This document shows, piece by piece, positions 29,645 through 39,097 of a stretch of 64,000 nt of DNA; the first letter of the stretch is position 1; each line of letters begins with the position of its first letter. The DNA comes from Planctomycetota bacterium (GTDB taxonomy: Bacteria > Planctomycetota > GCA-002687715 > DRQF01), in NCBI GenBank assembly GCA_027001995.1, contig JALTLO010000141.1, forward strand, positions 41,753-105,752, in the 5' to 3' direction. The position numbers and the translations under genes were made by a program. A model generated the notes under the pieces. That model searched no databases. It saw nothing but the letters and a program-made list of their open reading frames with translations, and had not been told where the DNA came from.

Positions 29645-30457
29645 CTACTCCGATACAATCTTGATCCCAGCACTAGCCCCGATACGGGTGGCACCAGCTC
29701 TAACCATTGTCAAGAGGTCTTCGCGATTGCGCACACCTCCAGACGCTTTCACCCCCAGAGCATTGCCAACGGTGCTACGCATCAGAGCCACATCGTCAGG
29801 AGTTGCTCCACCACCGGCAAACCCCGTGGATGTCTTGACGAAATCGGCTCCCGCATCCCGCGCCAAGCGGCAGGCCATCGCCTTTTCCTCATCAGTTAGA
29901 AGGCAAGTTTCAATAATGACCTTAACCAAACTACCTTGACGCCTTGCTCCGCAGACGGCGGCGATGTCGTTGCGCACATACTCCGCCTCTCCAGACTTCA
30001 AGCGTCCGACGTTAATCACCATGTCTAACTCGCGAGCGCCGTCATCTTGAGCCCGCCTTGCTTCGAAGGCTTTGACCTCGGGAGGTGTGGCACCCAAAGG
30101 AAATCCGATCACTGTACAAACCACCACCCCACTCCCGGCGAGTTTCCTGGCACAGTGGGAAACCCACGATGGATTGACGCAAACGGACTTAAATCGATGT
30201 TGCGCCGCTTCCGCGCAAAGCTCGTCAATTTGTTTCCTGGTGGCATCTGGTTTGAGAAGCGTATGGTCGATGAGCGCTCCTACCGTAGCTGCAACAGGAG
30301 CCCCACCGGGACGAATAGCCACACGATCAGCACCAGCACCAATGAGGTCGGCAATAGCAGATCCTCGGCTCATACGAGAAGCCTGTTCCTGCTCAATCTG
30401 AACCCGTCGATAAATCTCTTCGGTGAGCCTGTCAATGAGGCCGTCGCGGTCAAACAT
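29645..30457 (-). CDS. deoC: Deoxyribose-phosphate aldolase with N-terminal extension (putative encapsulation peptide)
   Basis: 'IDHTLLKP', 'VIGFPLG', 'FVKTSTGF', 'VKASGG', 'RIGAS'; extra N-terminal helix '[13 protein letters not shown]'; start 30457 or 30472. Confidence 0.95.
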   Translation of the reverse strand: MFDRDGLIDRLTEEIYRRVQIEQEQASRMSRGSAIADLIGAGADRVAIRPGGAPVAATVGALIDHTLLKPDATRKQIDELCAEAAQHRFKSVCVNPSWVSHCARKLAGSGVVVCTVIGFPLGATPPEVKAFEARRAQDDGARELDMVINVGRLKSGEAEYVRNDIAAVCGARRQGSLVKVIIETCLLTDEEKAMACRLARDAGADFVKTSTGFAGGGATPDDVALMRSTVGNALGVKASGGVRNREDLLTMVRAGATRIGASAGIKIVSE

Positions 30458-30560
30458 CAAATTCCTCTTCATTGCCCCCAAATCTGGGGTTATTCACAGT
30501 CACGTATCCTACTGATTCTCACCAGAACCATCTACGAAGGCGATTGGCCTGTGCTGGTCC

Positions 30561-30833
30561 TTATTCGGAAAGTCGAAAATCATCGACGATGGCGATGACC
30601 AAACATTGGACCGGACACCTGGGATCTCCCAGGATAATGCGGGCTCCGCCACCTTCTTTCATAACCAAGCAAAGATCGCCTTTCCCAGCAGAGACGCGAT
30701 CGAGGGCCAAAAGCGGGGCCCCATCCACGCGGCCCCCTGCGTTCAGCGGCTGACAAATGAGAATGCGCCCCGTGGAGCCATCGAGAGTCGAAACAGATGC
30801 ATGAACGCTTCCTTCAATACGACAGAGCTTCAT
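30561..30833 (-). CDS. EutN/CcmL microcompartment pentamer (BMC-P)
   Basis: 'MKLCRIEGSVHAS..ALDRVSAGKGD..IAIVD'. Confidence 0.9.
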   Translation of the reverse strand: MKLCRIEGSVHASVSTLDGSTGRILICQPLNAGGRVDGAPLLALDRVSAGKGDLCLVMKEGGGARIILGDPRCPVQCLVIAIVDDFRLSE

Positions 30834-31123
30834 GAACTCTCTCCGCCAAAATCAATGCGGTCAACGATGCCAATAATGCCCGCATCAATCAGTGCAGTCT
30901 TGTATTGAGGGTTCTGGTCAACCCAAGGAAGAACCGCCTCATAAGCCGTGGTGTAGAAAACGATTTCGCCGAATCCAGCCCCAACCATGTCAACCGCAGC
31001 CAGGGGGGGGCCACAAGGAACTTTCGCCCCGTCAACAGGCTCAATGATGAGCATTTTTGCTGTGGCAACATGGGGGTCTTTCTGAGTGGCATGAACCGTG
31101 CCTATGACGCGGGCTAAGTGCAC
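30830..31123 (-). CDS. EutN/CcmL microcompartment pentamer (BMC-P)
   Basis: 'MHLARVIGTVHATQK..AVDMVGAGFGE..DAGIIGIVD'. Confidence 0.92.
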   Translation of the reverse strand: MHLARVIGTVHATQKDPHVATAKMLIIEPVDGAKVPCGPPLAAVDMVGAGFGEIVFYTTAYEAVLPWVDQNPQYKTALIDAGIIGIVDRIDFGGESS

Positions 31124-31882
31124 CTAACGCTCCAACTCGATAATCTTGTCAACTCGTCCTTGATGGCGGCCACCGGCAAATTCGGTCTTCAGGAAAACAG
31201 CAGTAATCGCTTTAGCAAGCAAGTCACCAATCACCCGGCCTCCCAAAGTCAAAACGTTAGCGTCATTGTGCTCGCGGGCGTTCTTGGCTTCGACGACGTT
31301 GCTACAGTGAGCCGCTCGCACCCCGGCAATCTTGTTGGCTGCCATGGCCGAACCGATACCAGCACCGTCGACAATGATTCCATGACAGAACTGCCCCTCG
31401 GCCACCCCCCGGGCGACCTTGGCTGCGAAGTCTGGATAATCAACAGCGTCTTCGCTGAAAGTGCCCAAATCGACGCAAGACATGTGGGCTTCCGATTCGA
31501 GGAATTGAATGAGTGATTCCTTCATAACAAAGCCGCCATGGTCCGAACCGATGCCGACTTGGGCTTGATGGCAGGCCCCACTGCTCTTTTGCAACGACTT
31601 CTTTATGCGACGAACCACCGCCGCTTCATCCGGAGTCATTTCCTCTTGGACGCCATAACGCGACATGGCATCTCGAGCAGAAGGGGTCACAAGAGCATGG
31701 GGGGCGACGAAAATCCCCCGGCCTTCCCGGTGAGCCTCCATGACTTCTAACTCAGTAATCAACTCCCGGCCGGCGTAGTTGGGCTCGTCTGCTAAGGGCT
31801 TTCGTTTGCTATCCGATTGGGACAAATCACGATCAACGACGTCTTCTACAATGGCGCGAATCCTGGATCGATCTAAGGTCAT
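31124..31882 (-). CDS. rpiB: Ribose-5-phosphate isomerase B with ~100-aa N-terminal extension
   Basis: 'GSDHGG', 'DYPDFA', 'GAGIGSAMAANK', 'AREHNDANVL', 'GGRHQGRV'; N-terminal helix 'RIRAIVEDVV'. Confidence 0.92.
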   Translation of the reverse strand: MTLDRSRIRAIVEDVVDRDLSQSDSKRKPLADEPNYAGRELITELEVMEAHREGRGIFVAPHALVTPSARDAMSRYGVQEEMTPDEAAVVRRIKKSLQKSSGACHQAQVGIGSDHGGFVMKESLIQFLESEAHMSCVDLGTFSEDAVDYPDFAAKVARGVAEGQFCHGIIVDGAGIGSAMAANKIAGVRAAHCSNVVEAKNAREHNDANVLTLGGRVIGDLLAKAITAVFLKTEFAGGRHQGRVDKIIELER

Positions 31883-32199
31883 GAAAGCGCCTCCGGATTC
31901 ACATGACGGGAATCAAACTCTTCCCAGTCACGTTCTTCAACATGGAAATCGTCGATAATTGCCATGATCACAGCGTCAACCGGCTTACCCTCCGTAAGGT
32001 CGGATTGCCTAGCCGATGAGCCTTGGGCGACCAAAACGAGCTCCCCAGGACCGGCTCCCACGCTGTCTACAGCAACAACGATGGAGGCAGAATGCTCCCG
32101 ATTGCTATCAATAGGGCTCACCGCCAGAAACTTCATCCGCTCAAGACGGCTGTCTTTCTGGGTAGCCCAAATTTCTCCGACAACTCTTGCAAGAAGCAT
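31879..32199 (-). CDS. EutN/CcmL microcompartment pentamer (BMC-P)
   Basis: 'MLLARVVGEIWATQKD..AVDSVGAGPGELVLVAQGSSAR..PVDAVIMAIID'. Confidence 0.95.
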   Translation of the reverse strand: MLLARVVGEIWATQKDSRLERMKFLAVSPIDSNREHSASIVVAVDSVGAGPGELVLVAQGSSARQSDLTEGKPVDAVIMAIIDDFHVEERDWEEFDSRHVNPEALS

Positions 32200-32284
32200 A
32201 TGGTGGACTCACTCGTTACGTTTATGACAGTACTCAGGTTAGAGTAATCGCCTCCTGAATCAAGACTCAGAAATTGGACCTCAA

Positions 32285-33241
32285 ATGACTCGCACCTTTA
32301 CCGGAACCTTGCGTCTCCAACTCGTCTGTCTAACCGCTTTCCTGGCCATTCTGCGCTTCTTGGCCGTGGAATGCGGCTCGATTCTCCATCAACTTCAATT
32401 GCCGAAATTCCTGGTAAAACTCCCAGAATGGCAATTCAAGTTCGCTCCACTGATTGATCGTGCCACTCTGATTGCCGCGACAGTGGTCCTTATTCTGCTG
32501 ATTCCCAAGCTCATTCAGACAAAGAGAGGCCAAGAAAAGTCCAAATTAGATGAGTCTTTGGCACTCAGTTTCTTACTTTTCTTAGGCATATTGGCCATCA
32601 ATTCCCTGTCAAAATCTTCCTGGTCCCTGGGACTCGCCCATGGCACGCTCACTTTTATATTCCTTCTTTCCGCCTTACGCTTGGCAAAATCACCTTTGTC
32701 TCACCGACACCGATGGCCCTTGCTAGCCCTGACGTTGTTCAGTGCGATTCCTTTGATCTGGCGCATCCTTTTAGATCTAGGATTGGGAGCCGGTTCTTCG
32801 CCCCTGGAATTGGTGCGCAACATCGCAGACACCACAGTCATCCTGAGCTGGGCGGCCCTGGTTCTCGCCATCAATCCGCCACGAGCCCGTCCCATGGCTT
32901 TTCTTCCCCTTGCAGTGGGAGGCGTTTTGCTTTGGCTGGCCATCACCTCATTCGATGATTTTCGCCATGTGCTCTCCTCGGTGACCGGACTTTGGTACAC
33001 CACTTTCGCCCCCCTTCCTATCAAGATTCTTGTTCCCACCGCCGCCATCAGCCTCATGGCGATTGCTGTTGGCAAGCGTCAAGGGACGATGGCCATAGGT
33101 TTGATCATCATCGCTGGGGCGGCACACCGATCCGGGCAAGTAACAGCTATTGTCTTGCAGGCTTTGGGACTCTTATTTTTATTGGTGTATGCCCGCAGAA
33201 AGAAGCACCAAGAAGGCGATCTATATCGGTTGCTTTCCTGA
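32285..33241 (+). CDS. Integral membrane hypothetical protein
   Basis: 318-aa ORF with many hydrophobic helices. Confidence 0.7.
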   Translation: MTRTFTGTLRLQLVCLTAFLAILRFLAVECGSILHQLQLPKFLVKLPEWQFKFAPLIDRATLIAATVVLILLIPKLIQTKRGQEKSKLDESLALSFLLFLGILAINSLSKSSWSLGLAHGTLTFIFLLSALRLAKSPLSHRHRWPLLALTLFSAIPLIWRILLDLGLGAGSSPLELVRNIADTTVILSWAALVLAINPPRARPMAFLPLAVGGVLLWLAITSFDDFRHVLSSVTGLWYTTFAPLPIKILVPTAAISLMAIAVGKRQGTMAIGLIIIAGAAHRSGQVTAIVLQALGLLFLLVYARRKKHQEGDLYRLLS

Positions 33242-33257
33242 TGCAATCAGGGAAGGC

Positions 33258-33719
33258 TCAACAATCAAAGCCACTGTCACTCATACCATCATCTGAGTCG
33301 ACGAATGAAGAAGCATCATCAACTTGATCCAGTACTTCCCGGGAAACATAAAGCTGTGACCTCGTCTTCAGGGCAATGATCATGGCATCACTTGCCCGCA
33401 GATCGAGTCTCACTTCATTGCGCTCTCCACCGTCTTCCCCCAATTCGGTCAAGAGCAAAGTCGCACAAAAAACATTTTCGATGATACTGGAAATGGCCAC
33501 CATGCGTACCTCGATATCAAAAGCACGAATCATGTTGACAATAACGTCATGGGAAAGGGGACGTTGAGAATCGATGCCTTTGAGCTCCCGATAGAGGGCC
33601 AAGACTTCAGGGCGGGCAACGAAAATAAGAAATGGTTTCTCTGCCGACCTCAAGATCACGGCATAGTAATTATCCGTGGTTGCAATGACCCGTTCGACAG
33701 TAACCTCAACAAGTTCCAT
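33258..33719 (-). CDS. Bifunctional nuclease family (DUF151) protein
   Basis: 'RPLSHD', 'F.ATL', 'DLRASDAMIIAL'. Confidence 0.88.
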   Translation of the reverse strand: MELVEVTVERVIATTDNYYAVILRSAEKPFLIFVARPEVLALYRELKGIDSQRPLSHDVIVNMIRAFDIEVRMVAISSIIENVFCATLLLTELGEDGGERNEVRLDLRASDAMIIALKTRSQLYVSREVLDQVDDASSFVDSDDGMSDSGFDC

Positions 33720-33829
33720 GGGTTGAGTCTAACTTGCTTCAGCCAGAGGTCAACATGTTGACAAGCAGGGTTTCGAAATGCAGCAATAGAAAAAGAGGTA
33801 CAAAGCAAATACGGTAGAATCACCCCAAC

Positions 33830-34462
33830 TCAACGGCGGATGACTACGGGGGTTCCAACAGGGATGTGCTCGAAGATCTCGTTGATATCACCGTTACTCA
33901 ATGCAATCCCGCCATTGGTCGATTTAGCCCCAAGGATCGCAAAGTAATTACCTTGAATGCCCAGCTCGCGACTAATCGACAGGTTTGTGGGTATCGCACT
34001 CCCATTGGCGACAGCATCGTAGTAGCGCTCGTATTCTGTACGGTTGATCAATCCCTGATCCCAAGCATTCTCGATGTCTTCCTCAGATGGAAAATTGAAC
34101 TGCAGGAACCTCGAACCATGAAATAACACAGACTCCCGAACCGACTTGCGCGTCACCCGATATTCGCCCAATGGCGTCGCTTTGCCGTCTTTATCGAGGG
34201 CACCTAAGAACTTGCCAGATCCAGTGGACACATCGTATCGCCGAATAACCACCTCGCCATCCTTGATGGTCAGAGTGGAGTCACTGACATCAACAAGGAT
34301 ATTCGGATCTTGCAAAGGTAAGGAAATACCCTTTTCACCGCAGGCGCGGATAAAACCGTCTCCGAAGACTGCCACCTCTTGGAGAAACAAGAGCACAAAC
34401 AATCCCGTGAAGATTGAAGCACCCACGCTTAGCTTAAAGAGGAATTTGAGTTTCTTGGACAT
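33830..34462 (-). CDS. YkuD-like L,D-transpeptidase fold protein, catalytic His/Cys absent
   Basis: 'VSTG..DGKATPLGEYRV', 'LGIQG..STNGGIALSNGDINEIFEHIPVGTPVVI'; N-terminal TM; start reassigned to 34462. Confidence 0.8.
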   Translation of the reverse strand: MSKKLKFLFKLSVGASIFTGLFVLLFLQEVAVFGDGFIRACGEKGISLPLQDPNILVDVSDSTLTIKDGEVVIRRYDVSTGSGKFLGALDKDGKATPLGEYRVTRKSVRESVLFHGSRFLQFNFPSEEDIENAWDQGLINRTEYERYYDAVANGSAIPTNLSISRELGIQGNYFAILGAKSTNGGIALSNGDINEIFEHIPVGTPVVIRR

Positions 34463-34569
34463 CCGAGTTGGCCCTGCCAGAGAGAGGAGACGCCCTCCCT
34501 TTTCGACAATTGCTAAGCTTTGCCATGAGCATGAATTTTCACCCAACCGCACCCAGGCCAAACCTTCAT

Positions 34570-35712
34570 TTAGAATCTGGAGAGATGCCCCACAGCAGCA
34601 ATAATGAGCCGGGTCACCTCTTCGATTTCTTCGGGTTTGAGCTCGGATCCGAGAGAGAATCTCAGGGCACCGTGGATGAAAGAATGGGGAACGCCCATGG
34701 CTTCCAAGACGTGGGAAGGCCCTTCGTCATGGGCCGTGCAAGCGGAGCCGCTGGCGCAGGCCAAGCCCTTTTGAGACAAGGTCAAGACAACGCCATGCCC
34801 CTCAATTTTGGGAAAACACACACTCAACGTATTCTCGTTTCGCTGAGCATCAGCCCCATTGATCAACATGTCAGGAAACTCTTGCCCCAGATTGGACTCT
34901 AATTCATCGCGCATTCGGCGTAAGCGCGGTCCCACATCAGGCCAAGTCGACGTAGCCACCTCCAAGGCGGCCGCCATGGCCATCACCCCAGAGACATTCT
35001 CCGTGCCACCTCTTCGCCCAGTCTCATGCTGCCCGCCCCAAATGAGAGGCCGCAAGCTCACACCCCGCCGTACATAGAGCCCACCAACTCCTTTGGGGGC
35101 ACCGAACTTGTGTCCAGAAAAAGACAAGAGGTCAACGGGCAAATCACCCAAACCCCCGAGTCCTTTGCCAACTTTCTGGGCCCCATCCACATGAAAAGGA
35201 ACACCGGCAGCCCGAGCTAAGTGACCAATCTTCTCGATGTCGAAAGTGACACCTGTTTCGTTGTTGGTCCACATCAGGCTCAAGATGGCCGTGTTGTCGT
35301 CCAAAGCCGCCTCAACTTCAGCGAGGTTCAATTGCCCGGCAGAATCTACCGCCAAGTAGCAAATGTCGTAACCTTGCTCCCCCAAATGCTTGGCAACATC
35401 CAAGGTCACAGCATGCTCCACCTGGGACGTCACCACCTTGCGACGCTCAGGGTGGGCACCCACGACTCCACGGATAGCCCAGTTGATTGACTCGGAAGCA
35501 CCACTGGTAAAAGTCAATTCATCTCCACGAATCCCAAGACAAGCTGCCATCATTTCCCTTGCGTCCTCGAAGTCACCTCGGACTTGCTCGGCTTCCAAAT
35601 AAAGACTGGAGGGATTCGCGTCCCTGTCGCCCAAGAATTCCAGCATGGCTTGGCGCGCTTTGGGATGAAGAGGAGCCGTGGCATTGTGATCAAGATAAAA
35701 ACGGGATCGCAT
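34570..35712 (-). CDS. Cysteine desulfurase (IscS/NifS type)
   Basis: 'YLDHNATAP', 'SGHKFGAPKGVG', 'SGSAC'. Confidence 0.93.
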   Translation of the reverse strand: MRSRFYLDHNATAPLHPKARQAMLEFLGDRDANPSSLYLEAEQVRGDFEDAREMMAACLGIRGDELTFTSGASESINWAIRGVVGAHPERRKVVTSQVEHAVTLDVAKHLGEQGYDICYLAVDSAGQLNLAEVEAALDDNTAILSLMWTNNETGVTFDIEKIGHLARAAGVPFHVDGAQKVGKGLGGLGDLPVDLLSFSGHKFGAPKGVGGLYVRRGVSLRPLIWGGQHETGRRGGTENVSGVMAMAAALEVATSTWPDVGPRLRRMRDELESNLGQEFPDMLINGADAQRNENTLSVCFPKIEGHGVVLTLSQKGLACASGSACTAHDEGPSHVLEAMGVPHSFIHGALRFSLGSELKPEEIEEVTRLIIAAVGHLSRF

Positions 35713-35727
35713 GAAGAGTCTCGGTTA

Positions 35728-35970
35728 TTAACCTCGGGATAGAATTCGCCGCAAGAACTTGGTCAAGAAACCGCGCCGTTGAGACTTATGCTCATCGATC
35801 AATTCTTGGATTTCGGGAAGGCATGTACGGCATCCTGTTCCAGCATTGCAAGAAGCCATAACTTGTTCCACGTTTTTGGCATCTATTTGGGCAATACAAG
35901 CCCTGACCGCCCCATACTTTACGTTGCGGCAATAGCAGAGCATCTTGGAATCAGAAGTTTCAGTGGCCAT
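35728..35970 (-). CDS. BFD-like [2Fe-2S]-binding protein
   Basis: 'CYC..V' and 'AGTGCRTC' motifs. Confidence 0.88.
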   Translation of the reverse strand: MATETSDSKMLCYCRNVKYGAVRACIAQIDAKNVEQVMASCNAGTGCRTCLPEIQELIDEHKSQRRGFLTKFLRRILSRG

Positions 35971-36041
35971 AAATCAGATTAACACCGAATTCTCACCTTC
36001 TCCCAGGTAATTCCAGAGGAGTCTTCCATACTCCCGATCTC

Positions 36042-37136
36042 TCAATCGGACGAAAACGCCCCACTCACCCGCATGATCCCCATGGCAATGCAACGCGCTG
36101 GGGCCACGACAGATTTCGCCGAGCGGTCGCAAACGTTCTTCAAGAGATCTTCGGACCCGCCGACCTGACGATGAACCTTGTCGATCTGCTTCCTTGCGAA
36201 CAACCAACCCTTGACGAATCGAGGAGCTTGGATGGCCCGATCTAATTCGCTGCTTGCGCAACGAATGACACAATAGGGTAAGAAATCCTGACCGACTTTC
36301 TCGAGCACCCGGGAAGAAACTGGCAATAAAGTGGCAGAGATCGACGCGGAATTCCATGCGGGTCGGTTCCCTGCGTATTGCTTCATGGTACCACCCAAAG
36401 CACTTACCAAAGTGCTCTCTTTGCGCGGGACGATCTGAATAACCAAGTTCGAGGAGCCAACATTCTCAGGAGTCAGGTCTTCCAAACACAAGACTCCCAC
36501 AATGAGGGTCTGTCTTGGAACGATTTGAGACAAGAAACCCAAATCCGCTGTAGATTTCCCCATGTGGATATACTCAAGATCAAAGGGCAAAGGCTCTGTT
36601 CGACCCACTGCCCGCCTCTGAATCAAGACGCGCATCACTTCCAAAGCCCCTGCGATTTCCATGGCTGTTGCGCCAACACCAGGCTCCCTCCTCCGAGGCA
36701 TAGCGCCGGTGAGCAAGATGAGCCTTTTTGAAGAGTCCTTACCACGCAAAAGAACAGACAAAGCTGGAGATTGAGTCGCAGAAGCACAGAGCTTCTCGGT
36801 GACAACGTATTTTCGAACCACTTTTGGGTCCAGGTCAGCCAAGGCCATGGACTCGGCGACGAAAATAGGTTCGAGAGCATCGATTGCCAACTTGCTCCGA
36901 ACTTGAGTGGCGAAAGGGAGGAGCGCCTCTTCAATCAACTTGGCTTTCCGCATTGCCTGTTGAGCAAAAATCTCTCCGGCAAGCCCCATCTCCAGGTCAT
37001 GTTTCTTGACCGATTTTGTCAGTGCGGCCGACACTGATTTCACCAAGGGATGTGGCTTCGCATTATTCAGAGAAGGAGAGTCGCCACAAGACGATAAGCA
37101 AAACACCATGAGCAACATGAAACGCTGCCACGACAT
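36042..37136 (-). CDS. Lipoprotein with degenerate M28 peptidase-like fold
   Basis: Lipobox 'LSSC'; 'RGKDSSKRLILLTGA..PGVGATAMEIAGALEVMRVL' resembles the M28 core; start reassigned to 37136. Confidence 0.5.
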   Translation of the reverse strand: MSWQRFMLLMVFCLSSCGDSPSLNNAKPHPLVKSVSAALTKSVKKHDLEMGLAGEIFAQQAMRKAKLIEEALLPFATQVRSKLAIDALEPIFVAESMALADLDPKVVRKYVVTEKLCASATQSPALSVLLRGKDSSKRLILLTGAMPRRREPGVGATAMEIAGALEVMRVLIQRRAVGRTEPLPFDLEYIHMGKSTADLGFLSQIVPRQTLIVGVLCLEDLTPENVGSSNLVIQIVPRKESTLVSALGGTMKQYAGNRPAWNSASISATLLPVSSRVLEKVGQDFLPYCVIRCASSELDRAIQAPRFVKGWLFARKQIDKVHRQVGGSEDLLKNVCDRSAKSVVAPARCIAMGIMRVSGAFSSD

Positions 37137-37348
37137 TCTTATTCGTCTGCAATCAAAGATCATGACGCAATCATTGCCTTTGCAAGAAATGAGTGATTGA
37201 CCAGTTTGCCCAGACTTCCCCGATCTCCAGGCGCCATGGACAAGGCGGACTACAGACAAGCGTAGCGAATTTTTGCCAATAATCGCAGCAGAAAGTCTGG
37301 CGAATTCTTCCCAGTGCCCAAAGCGCCTCCACAACCCCTCTATGCGGG

Positions 37349-39043
37349 TTAAGGCAAACAGAGGACATCCAGCTCATCATCAGGGAGCTGTCCCGACAAG
37401 AGTTCTATGAGACGCTGGCAACGACCAGCTTCTTCTTGGTCTTGATTCAAGATGAGTAAATTCAAGAGGATACGGTAATCACCAGGATAGGTTTTCTCCA
37501 AATCCAAAAGGAGCGCCATGGCCTCAGTCTTTGCATCGGTGACCACCAAAGCCCAACAAAGAAGCAAGGAATAACGAACGTCCGCCTCTTCCTCTTGGCA
37601 CCAAACTTGAGCCTGCTCCATGAGTTGCTCTGGCTTGCCAGATTTTCGCAGGGCCGCCAAGAATTCGACGCGGAGATTGGGGTAATCTGGATCTAATTCC
37701 AAAGCAGCCTTGTAGTCTTCTATGGCCTGATCGAAAGCACCGACTTCCAGCATGGCTTCCCCACGAATCTCCAATGCCATACCAAGACGATCTTCTTCCG
37801 GTAGTATTTCGAGAGAATCAACCATACGCGGCAAAGAATTCCTGGCATGCAAGTCTTCCATCATCTGCCGTCGATCTTCTGGCTTTGGGAAAGTACGATC
37901 AAAAGTGAGTAAGGGTAGAGGGACATTCACCATATCCGCCTGTTCTAAAGCGCGTAGCAGAAGATCCGAAGAAATAAGCTGATCCGTAGCCAACGTTTTT
38001 TGCTCCATCAATTCTCTCAGTAGAGCCGTCCGATAGAGCACGGCCCCCGCTGGAGGCAAGCCGTCGGCGGTCATAAGCAAAAGAGCATAGGGATTCTGAC
38101 AGGAACCTTCTGGCACCTGAAGGCAATGAGTTTCTAAGGCTTGAGTTTGGAGATCGAACTCAAGAGCCGCGCAAACGGCAAACCCAGCTTCTGGTTGATT
38201 GAGAAGAGCAGAGTTCAGCTGTTCCGCCCATCGGGGGCTCGGCGATTGCCCAGATTCAATGAAAATAACATGTTCTGTTTCGACGTGTTGCATGCCTTCA
38301 GTGAAAGCTGCCAGCTGCCCTGCACCCTGAGTGCGGATGAGAGCAGGCTGCGTCGGTGCTTGGGATGCCATGCCCCAAAGGTCATCAGGCAAACAACCTT
38401 CAGACTCTTTGCCGTCATCGAGAAACAGAACCAAGGACGGATAGACTGACTGGCGAAACAAAAGAGAGACCGCCAACTCATCGACGCCTACTGACTCATC
38501 GTTGACATAGCAAAGGACGGTGACTGGGAGAGGCTCATCGGCGACCTCCAATGAAAGCTCCCGTCCCATGGCCTTTCGTCTTCCAGCGATACTTAAGCGA
38601 TCCCCTTCTGCCCATCCGAAGTCCGGCAAGATTTCTCCCAAGGACACTTCCAAGATCCTCTGCAAGCGAATCATTTGGGCCTTAGATTCCAAGACGATAT
38701 CCACCAAGACAAAGCCATCATCGGCGACGCGGGACAAAGCTAAGTCCAAGAATTCTTCTGGATTTTCATGGGAAGGGATGTCGAATATCATCAGCGATGA
38801 GTGGATCTCCAAATCGCCGAGAGCACCCGGTGGGACCGGTTTGGCAAGACAACCCATCCTTGCCAATTCTTCGCAATCTTCAGTCATGATGTCTTCTGCC
38901 TCTCGAGAAACTGAGACATTCATCACGGAAGCGGCAACGCTGCAAAGCAAGTCGCTGCGTCTGGGTTCTACAAGTATGAGGTTGCCAAAGACTTCAGCAA
39001 CAATGAGAGCGGAGAGCATTTCATCTGGGTTATTCATGGCCAA
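37349..39043 (-). CDS. Degenerate GT2-like glycosyltransferase domain plus TPR repeats
   Basis: 'PVTVLCY..SLLFRQS..VLFLDDG', TPR 'AIEDYKAALELDPDY'. Confidence 0.6.
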   Translation of the reverse strand: MAMNNPDEMLSALIVAEVFGNLILVEPRRSDLLCSVAASVMNVSVSREAEDIMTEDCEELARMGCLAKPVPPGALGDLEIHSSLMIFDIPSHENPEEFLDLALSRVADDGFVLVDIVLESKAQMIRLQRILEVSLGEILPDFGWAEGDRLSIAGRRKAMGRELSLEVADEPLPVTVLCYVNDESVGVDELAVSLLFRQSVYPSLVLFLDDGKESEGCLPDDLWGMASQAPTQPALIRTQGAGQLAAFTEGMQHVETEHVIFIESGQSPSPRWAEQLNSALLNQPEAGFAVCAALEFDLQTQALETHCLQVPEGSCQNPYALLLMTADGLPPAGAVLYRTALLRELMEQKTLATDQLISSDLLLRALEQADMVNVPLPLLTFDRTFPKPEDRRQMMEDLHARNSLPRMVDSLEILPEEDRLGMALEIRGEAMLEVGAFDQAIEDYKAALELDPDYPNLRVEFLAALRKSGKPEQLMEQAQVWCQEEEADVRYSLLLCWALVVTDAKTEAMALLLDLEKTYPGDYRILLNLLILNQDQEEAGRCQRLIELLSGQLPDDELDVLCLP

Positions 39044-39097
39044 TCATAGCGCCCATAGGCCCAGGGCCCCAGCCCAATTGTCCATTCCGAGACGGAC

